This document shows, piece after piece, positions 14,672-29,516 of a stretch of 64,000 bases of DNA. The notes beneath the pieces were generated by a model. That model worked only from the letters and a program-made list of their open reading frames with translations, did no database searches and was not told the origin of the DNA. Source of the DNA: the human T2T-CHM13v2.0 reference genome, Homo sapiens; the NCBI RefSeq assembly GCF_009914755.1, contig NC_060934.1. One strand, written 5' to 3'. The position numbers and the translations under genes are program-made. How positions within the stretch are numbered: the first letter of the stretch is position 1; each line of letters starts with the position of its first letter.

Positions 14672-15717
14672 TTATATTTTGGTATGTTTTTGCAGTGGCT
14701 GGTACCGGTTTTTCCTTTCTATATTTAGTGCTTCCTTCAGGAGCTCCTGTAAGGCAGGCCTGGTGGTGACAAAATCCCTCAGCATTTGCTTGTCTGTAAA
14801 GGATTTTATTTCTTCTTTGCTTATGAAGCTTAGTTTGGCTGGATATGAAATTCTGGGTTGAAAATTCTTTTCTCTAGGAATGTTGAATATTGGCCCCCAC
14901 TCTCTTCTGGCTTGTAGGCTTTCTGCAGAGAGATCCACTGTTAGTCTGATGGGCTTCCCTTTGTGGGTAACCTGACCTTTCTCTCTGGCTGCCCTTAACA
15001 TTTTTTCCTTTGTTTCAACCTTGGTGAATCTGAAGATTATGTGTCTTGGAGTTGCTCCTCTCAAGGAGTATCTTAAAGGTGTTCTCTGTATTTCCTGAAT
15101 TTGAATGTTGGCCTGTCTTGCTAGTTTGGGGAATTTCTACTGGATAATATCCTGAAGTGTGTTTTCCAACTTGTTTCCATTCTCCCCATCACTTTCAGGT
15201 ACACCAATCAATTGTAGATTTGGTCTTTTCACATAGTCCCATATTTCTTGGAGGCTTTGTTCATTCCTTTTTATTCTTTTTCTCTAATCTTGCCTTCACG
15301 CTTTATTTCATTAAGTTGATTTTCAATCTCTGATATCCTTTCTTCCACTTGATCGATTTGGCTATTGATACTTGTGTATACTTCATGAAGTTCTCGAGCT
15401 GTGTTTCCTCAGCTCCATCAGGTCATTTATGTTCTCAATTAGGTAATTTATGTTTTTCTCTAAACTGGTTATTCTAGTTAGCAGTTCCTGTAAGCTTTTA
15501 TCAAGGTTCTTAGCCTCCTTGCATTGCATTAGAACATGCTCCTTTAGCTCGGAGTAGTTTGTTATTACCCACCTTCTGAAGCCTACTTCTGTCAATTCGT
15601 CAAACTCATTCTCCCCCAGTTTTGTTCCCTTGCTGGCGAGGTGTTGTGATCTTCTGGAGGAGAAGAGGCATTCTGGTTTTTGGGATTTTCAGCATTTTTG
15701 TGCTGGTTTTTCCTCAT
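14672..15717 (-). pseudogene. Disrupted L1 ORF1
   Basis: ATG at 15717 (MRKNQHKNAE...); ORF-track pieces 15383-15595 and 14672-15064 (PRHII, ARREW, YPAKLS). Confidence 0.9.
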
Positions 15718-16031
15718 CTTCGTGGATTTATCTACCTTTGATCTTTGATGCTGATGACCTTTGGATGACATTTTTGCATGGGCGTCTTTTGTTGATGTTG
15801 ATGTTATTGCTTTCTGTTTTTTAGTTTTCCTTCTAACTAGGAAGGAAAACCAGGCCCCTCTTCTGCAGGTCTGCTGGAGTTTGCTGGAGGTCCACTGCAG
15901 ACGCTGTTTGCCTGGGTATCACCAGAGGAGGCTCAGTTGGAAATGCAGAAATCATCCACCTTCTATGTTGGTCTAACTGGGAGATGCAGACCAGAGCTGT
16001 TCCCATTCGGCCATCTTGCCCAGTGAATGTG

Positions 16032-16334
<303 letters not shown>

Positions 16335-16706
16335 TGCCTTTTATTTTAATAAGATTGTAAAGCTGCTATGTTGAGAATGGGCTAAAAGGGAGGTGAAGGT
16401 AGAGGCAGTGAGAATATTTAGAAAGTGATTCAAATACAGTTCAGGGGAAGGATGATGGTGGTTTGGACCAGGGTGGTGAGGAGTGTCATATTTAGGTCTC
16501 TTTGAATTTACAACTCACAGGACTTGCTAATGGGATGGGCATGATATGTGAGAGAAAGAGAAATTGGGGAGGATTCCAGCTTTGGAGGCTAAACAATTGA
16601 AAGAGAGGAGACAGCCTTTACATGACAGGAGACAGGCAAGTAGGGAGTGGGAAGAATTAGTAAATATCATTAGATTTTTTAAATTTTGATTTTTAAAATT
16701 TTTAGC

Positions 16707-16845
16707 TTTTTTTTTTTTTTTTTTTTTTAAGAGATGGGTCTTGCTATGTTGTTCAGGGTGGTCTTAAACTCCTGGCTTCAAGCAATCCTCCTGCCTTGGC
16801 CCCTCAAAGCACTGGGATTACAGGCAGGAGCCACTGTACCTGGCC
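16707..16845 (-). mobile_element. Alu left monomer (FLAM-like)
   Basis: Single arm with poly-T. Confidence 0.85.
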
Positions 16846-17466
16846 TCAATTAGATGCTTTTATAAAACTCCCACTTAAGGCAATTGTTAAATGGCTACAA
16901 AGCTGAGTTTAATCCACAGGCACCGCCTTTGCCTCCAGGAAAGTGGTGGGAAAATATATATATATATATATATACATGCATACATACATAAATATATATG
17001 TGTGCATATGCATGTCTGGAAAATGTTTCCTATGGCTTAAAAGTCAGAGTTATGATTTCATCTTATTAGCAACTATTTATCCCCATAAGTGTTGAGAGAT
17101 GAACATGGAATCCTAGAACAGTGGCTGGAAGAGTGACCAGGCCAGTTTTTCCTATGCCTGTCTGGCCTTAGCTGTGGCTAGGTCCCCTGCACACTTCCCA
17201 ACACACTGAGCAAGTACCTTCGTGTGTGATGCACCACTCTAGATGCGCAGACTCGGTTGATGATCTGAGGCTGTGAGCAGAAAAGAGCAAGAGAAATAAA
17301 GTCCTAGTTCAGTTGTGGGTGGAGACAAAATATCCACAGAAAAGGAAAAAGCAACTTCCTCAATTGCCAAATGATGTGTAGGTAATATTCTAATATTCTA
17401 CTATGATGATAAAAACCATTACAAACATGTATTTTTTGAAAATAAGTTCCAAATGACATCCTGTGT

Positions 17467-17701
17467 TTTTTTTTTTTTTTTTTTTTTTGAGACAGGGTCT
17501 CACTCTGTCATCCAGGCTGGAGCACAGTGGTGTGATCATGGTTCACTGCAGCTCCTGTGAACCTGCATACCTTCTGGGCTCATGCAACCCTCAGGCCTTA
17601 CTTAGCCTCTTGAGTAGTGGGACTATAGGCACATGCCACCATGCCCAGCTAATTTTTAATTTTTTTGTAGAGATGGGGTTTTTCCATGTTTCCTAGGCTG
17701 G
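17467..17701 (-). mobile_element. 5'-truncated AluJ
   Basis: Poly-T, right arm, partial left arm; TSD gacatcct. Confidence 0.85.
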
Positions 17702-17780
17702 GACATCCTTTTAAAATAGCAGACTTATTACAGCAAAATAACAGTTGTACAGTTTTTCTCTCTTTTTCTGTAAAGGGGAA

Positions 17781-17907
17781 TTTTTTTTAAGAGATGAGGT
17801 CTTGTTATGTTGCTCAGGCTGGCCTTGAACTCTGGGGCTCAAGCAATCCTCCTGCCTCAGCCTCCTGAGTAGCTGAGACTACAGGAGCACAGCACTGCAT
17901 CTGGCTT
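17781..17907 (-). mobile_element. Alu monomer (FLAM_A-like)
   Basis: Single arm; TSD tgtaaagggga. Confidence 0.85.
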
Positions 17908-18990
17908 GTAAAGGGGATTTGACAGTGCCAGCTGTATACCATGTTCAACAACATCTTGCTGTTGAAGGGAGGTGGAGTAATGGTGTGATGGGAGGCAACC
18001 TAACTAGGTACAGTTAATGAATGGAAGTCCTGGCGGCAGAATGAGCACCTTACACGTAGAGTGACAGCAACAGGGAAGCTTGGGTCTGGGGGAGGGGATA
18101 TAGCTGGTGAAGGGCAGGGAAGGAGGGAGAAGATGGACAGCCTTGAATGTAACCCCAAGGGGACTTTCCAATAAACGTTAATAAAGTAGAAATGGAAAGG
18201 GAACAGCTGAGGAGTTGAAATGATGGCAGAAGAAGTTGTAGTTTGTTGTTCAGGCAGATGATGTGATGGAATTGGAGTTTGAGAAGGCTTAGTAGAGTTT
18301 ATATTTCTATCATATAAAATGTTCAAAGGTTGGGAAATCAATGATTTACTCATCATCACACTGGGACTGCTGATAGACTAGTATCTTAGCCTGGGTTCTC
18401 TGGAAAGCTGATACAGCCACATAGTTAAAGCTTGAGGTCATACTTCACATGCTTTATTTTAGCATATGACCTAGGAGCAGGAGTGAAGGATGGGAGTGAA
18501 GCAAGGAAGGAAAGAGAGTCGATTACAGAGCTGTTTCGTTGAGCTGGTCACAGCTCCTGTGTCCAATCTCGTGGGGCTGCCTGAGATGTCTTGAAGTCAT
18601 AAGCCCAGAGAAAGAACAGAGGGGATGCCTTTATCCACTGGATCCATTTTTCCAATGATCAAAGGTTTGTCCTATAGAGTATTAATGATTAAAATATTAA
18701 AACCCTATGGAGATTATTAGAAAGATGATAATTTAGTAGTTATCATCATCTGGGAACACCAAGCTGGTTCCCATGTGTCAACTACCCTACCAGGGCTGGC
18801 AGTGGGGGCCCTGGTCTGGGTGCTGTTAGGTTGCACCTGTTGATCAGATCCTACACAGTACTAGTCCCAACAGCAATAGATGCAAAGAGAAACAGGTGAG
18901 GCTGAGCAGGTGTGGAGTGGTGCCCAAGGGGCATCTTGACCTAGCCAAGGTATCTGGTACAAGTAATAACTTCAGGAAACCTCTTTTCTT

Positions 18991-19321
18991 GGAAATATTA
19001 CTGATATTACTGATGGAATATTATCCCCATCAATATTATTATATAATATCATTTTATAAATTCATAAATTATTTTTAATAATAAATTATAAATACAAATT
19101 TATATTTATAAATGATAAAATTCGATACAAATTATTTTATAAATTTTATAAATTATATTATATATTTTATAAATTTATACATTTTATATTTTATAAATTT
19201 ATAAAATATTTTATTACTATATTATTATATCTATATTATTATAATAAATATTATTCCCATTTCTAATAATGTTAGAAATTCCTACATTTCCAATAATGTT
19301 AGAAATATTATTGATGGGAAT
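18991..19321. repeat. Very AT-rich low-complexity block with terminal direct and inverted repeats
   Basis: Seen directly; described under findings. Confidence 0.8.
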
Positions 19322-19646
19322 CTGGCCTGTGGGTTTCCCCCAAGTCTGTTGGTAATACTTGTAGTCTACTAGAAAGTATTTCCTGAAATGGAGGGCTATT
19401 GTCTGTCATGGGCCATACGTTGAAGTAGACTTTGTCCAGCACGATGAGGGACTTTTTGGTTTGTCACAGGGCTGGAGTGCAGCTGAGGTCTGGCTTTAGC
19501 CAAGGAGAGCACCTTGAAACCTGGCAGAGAATTACAGTGAACCAGAAGACTAAGTGAAGCATGAACTGGCATAATGTGAGAATCATCGCAGATTCCTATA
19601 TCCCTCTTTTAGGTTCTTTGGTTGGGGGGCGCCTGGTTCTTAATAA

Positions 19647-19986
<340 letters not shown>

Positions 19987-21087
19987 CATCCTCAGTATTT
20001 TTTATTCATCCTTGCCTCCATGTGCACTGACACAGATCAAACTAGGTTAAAATAAACACTTAGGGGTGGAAAGGAAGATAGCAGACAAGGGCAGAAATGA
20101 GTGAGTGCCTTATGATTCATATTTGCAAACCATCTGATTCTGCTACCACCTTCTTCCGTTCTGCCTGCACCTCAGCATTCTTGAGACAATAGATAGAAGC
20201 AAATGACTTGTTCCTAGGCAACTTGGAAGTTCTGCCCCAGAGGCTGCAGAAAACCTTCCTGTGTCCCTGAGTTGGCTCTGTCCTTAAATTTTGCAGCAGG
20301 AGAATTATTGAGCTGTTCTTGGGATGATTTTTAGCCTATGTATGTCTACACTTAGGAGGCTGACATCTTATAAATGCATATGGTTTTGTTCAAATGAATA
20401 CGTAGTTGACAAATACTTGGCTAGAAGTTATAATGACAAATTTAATAGCCCTACTATAGCCTGAACTGTCATCTTTATTTGGGTTAAGCTTGCTAAATGT
20501 CAACTGGAATTTTGTACTATAATAACCTGCAACTTGGTTCCAAAATCAGCCATGTTTTTGACAAATGTAAGTAAATTCAGCTGTCTAAAGGGGCTCATGT
20601 GCTATGGAGTGATTAAGGAGTGGTCTTTCATTATGATTATTTAACCCCACGTCTGATAACAGTGTCCTGCTTTTTTGTTTCTGTAGATGCTTTCCTGGCT
20701 GAAAACCATGAATGACCCAGAATAGTTCATATCTTTGGAAGATCCTTATTTTCCTTGTAAATGAAAGTCATGCATTTGGAATAATAACATGAAATGATGT
20801 GAATGGTAGGGACTCAAAAACTTTCTCTTCCAAAAATATTCTACAGATTCATGCTCAGGAAAGCCAAATGCTCTACAATAGGATGAAGTGGCTCCAGGAG
20901 AGTTCTGTTTACTACTTTAATAAGTGACTAAATATATGGTATTTACGCATATGAAATTGGCTTAACTAGGACATCTCATTTCCTAGCCTTTGCATATAAA
21001 AGAGAATTGACAGTAATTCAGGTTAACTCAAAATGTATCATTTAATTGTCTTTGTCCCACATGACTAGTAAGTAGGTCACTAGCCAC

Positions 21088-21382
21088 TTTTTTTTTTTTT
21101 GAGACAGAGTCTTGCTGTGTTGCCCAGGCTGGAGTGCAGTGGCATGATCTTGGCTCACTGCAACTTCCAACTCCTAGATTCAAGCGATTCTTCTGCCTCA
21201 GCCTCCTGAGTAGCTGGGTTTACAGTCATGCGCCACCATGCCAGGCTAATTTTTTGTATTTTTAGGAGAGACAGGGTTTCGCCATGTTTGGCAGGCTAGT
21301 CTCGAACCCCTGACCTCAGAGATCCACCCATCTCAGCCTCCAGAAGTGCTGGGATTACAGGCATGAGCCACCGCGCCCGGCC
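21088..21382 (-). mobile_element. AluS
   Basis: Dimeric; TSD actagccactt/accagccactt. Confidence 0.95.
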
Positions 21383-21859
21383 ACCAGCCACTTCTAACCC
21401 TACTCTCTCTCGGAAGTTTTGAGTTGTATGCACACTCAGACCTCTTTGCTTTCCCAGTGTATCAGTTTTGACCTAATCCTTTTTCTATGTATTTAACTCT
21501 TGCTATAGTTCCTTTGGATCGTATAGTAAGATTGCCAAGTGAAAAACTCCTGATGTGTGTTCAAGTCATAGACTCCATTTCTAAATCTCCAAATTCATAT
21601 GTTTCATTTCTTATCACCTTCTCCTTCCTCCTTCTGTCTCTACTTCTGTTATTCTGTTCCTGCTTATCCCATTGGTCCTGTCTTAAGTTATCCCTTGGAT
21701 TAAAAATAATAATAATAAAACTTTTTATTATAGAAAATCTCAAATATGTACCAAAGCCTTTAATCATGTAATGTGCCCTCATGTATTTATCACTTAATTT
21801 CTACAATTATTAATTCATGGCCAATCTTATTTCTGCAATACTCCAGCCCTCAAGCAGTA

Positions 21860-22240
21860 CTGGGTATAATGGAAAATACCGATACATTGAACATGAAAAT
21901 CAAGAACTCCTATTTATCAAAGTATATTAGAAAGGGCACAAAAAGCAAATGACTCATTCTGGAAAATATAAAGGGCTCGTATTTATCACTAAGAAAAAAA
22001 CCAAACAATCCAGTAGAAGAAAAATGGTAAGGGACTTGAACAGGCACTTCATAAAAGAAGATATCCAAGTAGTTAACATACTTACATAAAGGTGCTCTTC
22101 TATTACTTATCCAAGAATTGCTAATAGCCACATCCACTAGAATGGCTAACATTAAAAAGCCTGGCAATGCCAAATTCTGACAAGGATATGAAGGAACTCA
22201 AATTCTCATTCATCATTTGTTGTAGTATAAATTGGCATAA
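21860..22240 (+). mobile_element. Old L1M ORF2 3' fragment
   Basis: aaacaatccagtagaagaaaaatgg...ttgaacaggcacttcataaaagaagatatcc...actagaatggctaa. Confidence 0.7.
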
Positions 22241-22242
22241 TC

Positions 22243-23338
<1,096 letters not shown>

Positions 23339-23605
23339 TTACTACACGTTTTTCTTATTTGAAGAAGCATTGAGTTGAACTTGCTGTAGTTACTGCAAAC
23401 TCGCTACCAGGTGAAGGTTCTGACTGGGTCTTTTCCAGGCCATGGAAATAGCACAAGGGGATAATTTCAATGAATCTGATTACTACAAATTAATGTTTTG
23501 GTTTCTTGATGATTGAAGTCTGTTGAAGAATAGGGGCTTTCCATTTGGGTGGGATCATTTGAATTACAGATTGATATGTTGAGTAGATTTATTTTTAGTT
23601 TTCAT

Positions 23606-24338
23606 TGTAGAGAGACACAGCATAGCAACATGAATGCCATGTAGACCTCCAGGAACACAAGTGGAATTGAACAAACTGGTGTTATTCACTGTGATGAGAG
23701 AGAACACACACAATTGGAAACTGTGGAGTGTCTCTGTAGGAGAGTGTCAAAAAGGACTTACAGGATTTAAGCTGTGTGTGGTGATTTGGGAAAGGATTCA
23801 AGGAAGCGGGACTTTGGTCTGAATTGGATGCTGTCAGGAAGTGGAATTAATTCTATAATTGGGCATCTTATCTAGAAAGTGAGAGGAAGGAAGCCAGGTT
23901 AGAGCTTTAATTGCTAAATCAGCAGTCACTCGTATTAGCTAGGATGGGTGGGGAGTTGGTATTCTGTGGCTTGGACAATGTTTATATTTTGTCTGTGTTC
24001 ACACATGATATGGAATAATATTATTATTTTTTTAAAAAGAAACGTTTCATGAATTTGTGTCATCCTTGCACAGAGGCCATGCTAACCTTCTCTGTATCAT
24101 TCCAATTTTAGTATATGTATTGCTGAAGCGAGCACGGAGTGATCTTATTTTTGTCAGGAACTCTCATGGTCACAAAGTGGCCTTGTCTGATGCTGATGTT
24201 TTGTGCAGTTGTTTATGTTCAACTGGACAACATCAAGACCTAATTGTGAAGACCAGAACAGCTTTTAACAATGCCGTTGTGCATTGCTGATTGTACCAGG
24301 ACAGCTCCTGGTTGCCAGTACTGGTTTTCTCTTTCTCA
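23606..24338 (-). mobile_element. ERVL-type solo LTR (MER54/74/76-like), interrupted by a U6 retrocopy
   Basis: tgtagagag...ttttctctttctca termini; internal motifs match a recalled ERVL LTR; subfamily uncertain. Confidence 0.55.
24034..24135 (-). pseudogene. U6 snRNA processed pseudogene (RNU6-nP class)
   Basis: Minus strand reads GTGCTCGCTTCAGCAATACATATACTAAAATTGGAATGATACAGAGAAGGTTAGCATGGCCTCTGTGCAAGGATGACACAAATTCATGAAACGTTTCTTTTT, then an A-rich tail. Degenerate TSD ggaataatattatt/ggagtgatcttatt. Confidence 0.95.
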
Positions 24339-24379
24339 GCTACCTATAGCTATAAGGAGAGCCCTCAAAATGAGGGCAC

Positions 24380-24830
24380 ATGTTAGGACTAGATTTTGTC
24401 ACATTAAGCAAACCAACATCCCAAAATAACAGTGGCTCAAACAATAAAGATGTTTCTCTCTCTTTCATATAGAAAATAATTCTGGAAGTGAGTCTGCCAT
24501 TGCTGGGCAGGAACCCAGACTCCTGCTAGCTCAGTGCTCTGTCTTCCTTAGCTTTTTGTTCCTTGGACTTAAGGTCCAAGATGGCTGCTGAGGTTCCAGC
24601 CATCACACTAAAATTGCATCCGACTGAAAGAGGAAAGGAAGAAGAAGGTGCCCTGGCTCACCTTTTTGGAGACTTCCTGAAGGTACCTTTCAACGTATCT
24701 GCTTGTATTTCATTTGCCAGCACTCGATCACAGAACAAAGATGTTTGTGAAATGCTTGAATAACTGGGGTTCTGTTATTAAAAGAAAGGTAATAATTGCT
24801 CTTGAGGGGCTACAACCATCTGGAGTTGGG
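24380..24830 (-). mobile_element. Ancient MaLR LTR (MLT1J/K/L-like)
   Basis: cccaaaataacagtggctcaaacaat, tccaagatggctgctg, atttcatttgccag motifs. Confidence 0.5.
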
Positions 24831-27808
24831 ATAATACAACTGCCACACTGAATTCTATGAAAGCCAATTCTATTGGCTATTGTTGTATGCAAATATCCCT
24901 CTCTTTGGTGAAACAGCAAGCAGCTAATTATGTTAAGGGATGCCTTCTTTTTGGTCTCTTTCTTTTGTAACAATCTCAAGAGTTCAAGTTTCCAAAGTGA
25001 ACTCTCTTTTTCAGTCGTTTGGAGCTTTGTAGCTTGATTGAAAAGAATGCTGTGATTCAGCTGGCCACGTTGCTAGGCTGCCTGACAATTTACCTCTAGC
25101 AGTGGGGAGGAAACAGTTGTGTTGTTGGAAGTATTTAACTTAAAAATGGATGAAAATCATTCTTCAAGTTTATTTTTTAATAGCTAAATTATTTTGCTTA
25201 GAAGGGCTAAAACATTTCTGTGTGTTCCTCTTTCGTTTTTTTTTTTTTTTAAAGGAGGTAATAAATAAGGTGAATAAAATTGTAAACAAAAAGTTCATGT
25301 TGTCCCTATAACTACGTGCAGGCATCTGGGCTGGAAATGTGAGAAAATTGTAAAGAATTTGAAAAGGTTCAAAGGCTCAGGTTATTAAAGTTTTAATAAT
25401 CTTCTTTTCTGCAGCGCTAACCCCCTGCTATCCTTTCAATGCAGTAGGAAAACAAAATATGGACAAAATTGTAGTTAATTAGAACTGAATCTTCGTTGGA
25501 AAACCTATAGCAATCACTTAGGATTTTTACAGAGGCTGAGAGTTGGGATCCACTAGTCTGAAAAGATACAACATAATTTTCACTTAAGGAGTTTGGAGGA
25601 TATTTGTTAGATTTTAACAAAATAGGATATATTTTTTCTTTTTAAAAAACCTGTCAGTTAATTCATATAGTTGATTGCAAAACGCTATTTTGCAAGAATT
25701 GCCTATGAAGATAATCTCACTTAGCATTTTAACCTTTTCCCATTGCTCAATCAGAGCAAAACAAAATATTTATATGAACAAAATGCCTATAGTGATGATG
25801 ATGGACAAATGACACATCTTTAATCAATTGCCAAATTTTTTGATTAAAGGAACAGCATTCCCTTATACCTGAAATAAGGTGAAAAATGATAAAAGTGATT
25901 TTTCTTCAGAGTAAAATGCAATTTATTTTTGCCACAGACTTGTAATGCCAGTGTTGTAATTTTTCTTTTTGGAATTGGTTTTTCTTTTAAAGGCATCTTA
26001 AAAGTATATACCATACCAACACAAAATACAGTATGCATTTTAGTATATGCTGGAGAAGACCATACTTAATGTATGAAATTTTTGTGATCGTGATGGACAT
26101 ATGCATGAAGATATTGATGCATGAAGTCATATTTGTATATTTGAAATATGCAGACACAAAGAATACTTTAAATTGTGTTGTATTGAGGAGGGGAAAGAAT
26201 TTTACTCAGTAAGCTGCAGCCATGAGCACTGAAATATGGTTTCAGAGAGAAGATGTTTGGAATTGTTCTAATAGGCTAAGTGATTCCAAATGCAAGTCCA
26301 TATCGCAGACTCCTAGGCTCTTTGTGAGACTAATTGACTTTGCTGTAGAGTTTTGGCAAAGCTCTTATTATTTTTACTACATTTTCCTTTTTAATAATGT
26401 AAAATTGAACTGACTTCTAAAATTCAAGTTCCCCTTTATGAGTTTGTTAGCCCTTCCTTCACCAAATTAATGACCAACTGGGCAAGACAGCCAAAAATGT
26501 TTTACCACTCTGGGCGTTTGTTAATTGGTTGTTCGTTGGACTGTATATGAGGGAAAATTATTGCTACTATAAACCAAAGAGTGTAAAGGAAAAGTAGTGA
26601 TATAAATATGGAACTGAATTGGGCAGGGAAAGCAAGTGATGTAAAAGTTCTGTTTTTCTGTTAGATGGTTCCCCTAGGAAGACTGCAGATACCAAAAATA
26701 AAATGCAGCAGACCAAATCATAATGTAGAAGTTCATTTGGTGACTCTTGGCCAAGAAGATTCATTGTTTTGGTTTGCTTTTAAAGCCCTTATGATAACTG
26801 TCCTTTTTTTTTTTTAGTGTGGGCTCACCGAACAAATCATAAGTAGTAAAATCTAGTTCACCTTGAAAGTTGCTGCAAAAGTAGTTTGATCCTCTGGACT
26901 GGGAGAGTGATTAGGAAGAAATAAAAATTCCAAGACTGGAATTTCTGACCCTTCAAGAATGTGAGGTGTACATTAATTCCACTTCTCTGGGTCTGACATT
27001 CCTTGGAAATTTCCCTTGGATTATCCTGGGGAAAAACCACAGACACAGAGACAGAACCCCCAGCTTACTCTCTCTTTGTCCACCTTTGTCCCCATGCAGT
27101 GTTCTCTACTAATTCTCTTTATAAATGCCAATCAGACACTGTTTTAACTCATGTTTTAAGCTAGGGAAGAAATCCAGGGGTCTGGCTCATGTTGCAAAGG
27201 TTTCCAACAGTATCAGGTAATTCACTATTAGTTGGGCTCCATTCAGAATGGTAACCGAGACCTGAAAGGCTGCACGACTCATTACCAATTACCAATTCCC
27301 AGGGCCATCCGGTTCCCTGGCAGAAAAGCTTCCGATGAATTTGCGTTGCAAATTGAAAACATACTGTCAATAGCAACAAGTCCAAAAGATGTTTACCTTA
27401 ATTTTTCCAAGGCAGGCTTTTATATGTGGATGTTTTTGTTTAAGGACCAGCATTCTCGATTTCCTGCTGTTTCTGGGGTTGGTGCTGTTGTTACAAAAGG
27501 GCTGTCACAATCTCATGATGGAGAGGAGAAATGAAGTGGCTACGTGAAGACTCTCTGGCACTGGAGCCTGAGACATAACTTTGCATGGGGCACGGGTTGG
27601 CAAATGTCACGGCTGACACACAGCCATTCAATTTTCCTAAGGGTTTAGGCACCTGGGACATGATCCTGTTGAAGGGCTCCCTTTGCAGATAAGTAAAGTG
27701 AGGTCCAGATTGATATGTCACTTTTCCAAGGAAACCCCCATAGTTAGCATCATGGTTGAGTCTAGAAGTTCGTATTTTCTTGGAAGCCCCATGCTTTTCC
27801 ATAGGTTA

Positions 27809-28502
<694 letters not shown>

Positions 28503-29516
28503 CAGTACTGTTGGGAGTAGCCTATGATTTGGCCAGTGTGGAGGTGTGTTTTAATCTTAGATTAATGTCCTGATGCTTCTGTTCCACGGGAGGTCTATTC
28601 AGGGCCAGCAGGAGTTGGCCTGTAGAAACATGGAAAACAGAGGCAGTCGGAGCAAAACCCTGGGAAATGCATATTGGGAAGCCTCTATTTTTTTTAATGC
28701 CTTGTTTTAAATTCTGAGTCTCCCTCTCCACCCATAAATTAGAGTTGAATGTATTTACTTAAATTACATGTCATCAAATCACAAGTCCTGCCCAGAGACC
28801 AGACAAGTATTTGGAGCAAGTCTGAAAAAGAAAGTTAACCCATTGTAAACTTTGGGTGAAAAAAACACCCATGTTTCTATGGCTGCCAAGAGGAAGGGAG
28901 CTTGATTTTGGCCAGGGCAGAAAGTAGGATTCCCACTCATGGTAGGTTGGTTTCACAGAGGGCTTTCCAGATCCATAAACCAAGGGAGTTTTGCTAAATG
29001 GGTCGCTCAGCCAGGTACATATGTGATGAAACTCAACACGCTGAGAGTATCCAGTGAAGTCTGCAAGAAATAAGCAACACGGAGAATGTTCCCAAGACAC
29101 AGGAAATGAAAACGGTTGTTCAGAAGCCCAGACTTGACTAGAGGCAGACTCCCAGAGGTAATGGAATGAGAGTGGAGATGGGACTTCAAGGCATAAAGTG
29201 GGAGGGCTAGAGCTGTGGGCTTCTCTTGTTGCATCAGAGGGGGATGCTCTCATCATCCTTTCTGTCCTGTCTTCAGCCTCTCTAAAGAGCTCCATGTGAT
29301 CATGACTTTACAGAACAAAGAACACATGGCTATAGCTGTTTCACATTCACTTTTTGACTCTAGTAAGTTGTTTAAAACTTTTGGATCCTTGCTTTTGTCC
29401 CTGTGTATGGGAAGCAGTAAAATCCTCCTAATCACCAGGCAAGTATCTTTCAAAAGGATTTCCCACAACAGGTAATTAACTGAGAGGCAGCGAGAGAAGA
29501 TCTTGGATATTGGACT

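Noticed and set aside
24034-24135. Functional U6 gene
   Set aside because: Multiple substitutions and small deletions, A-tail and TSD, and no upstream PSE/TATA evident.
28774-29295. 173-aa minus-strand ORF
   Set aside because: No recognisable domain, splice context or in-frame continuation; compatible with chance.
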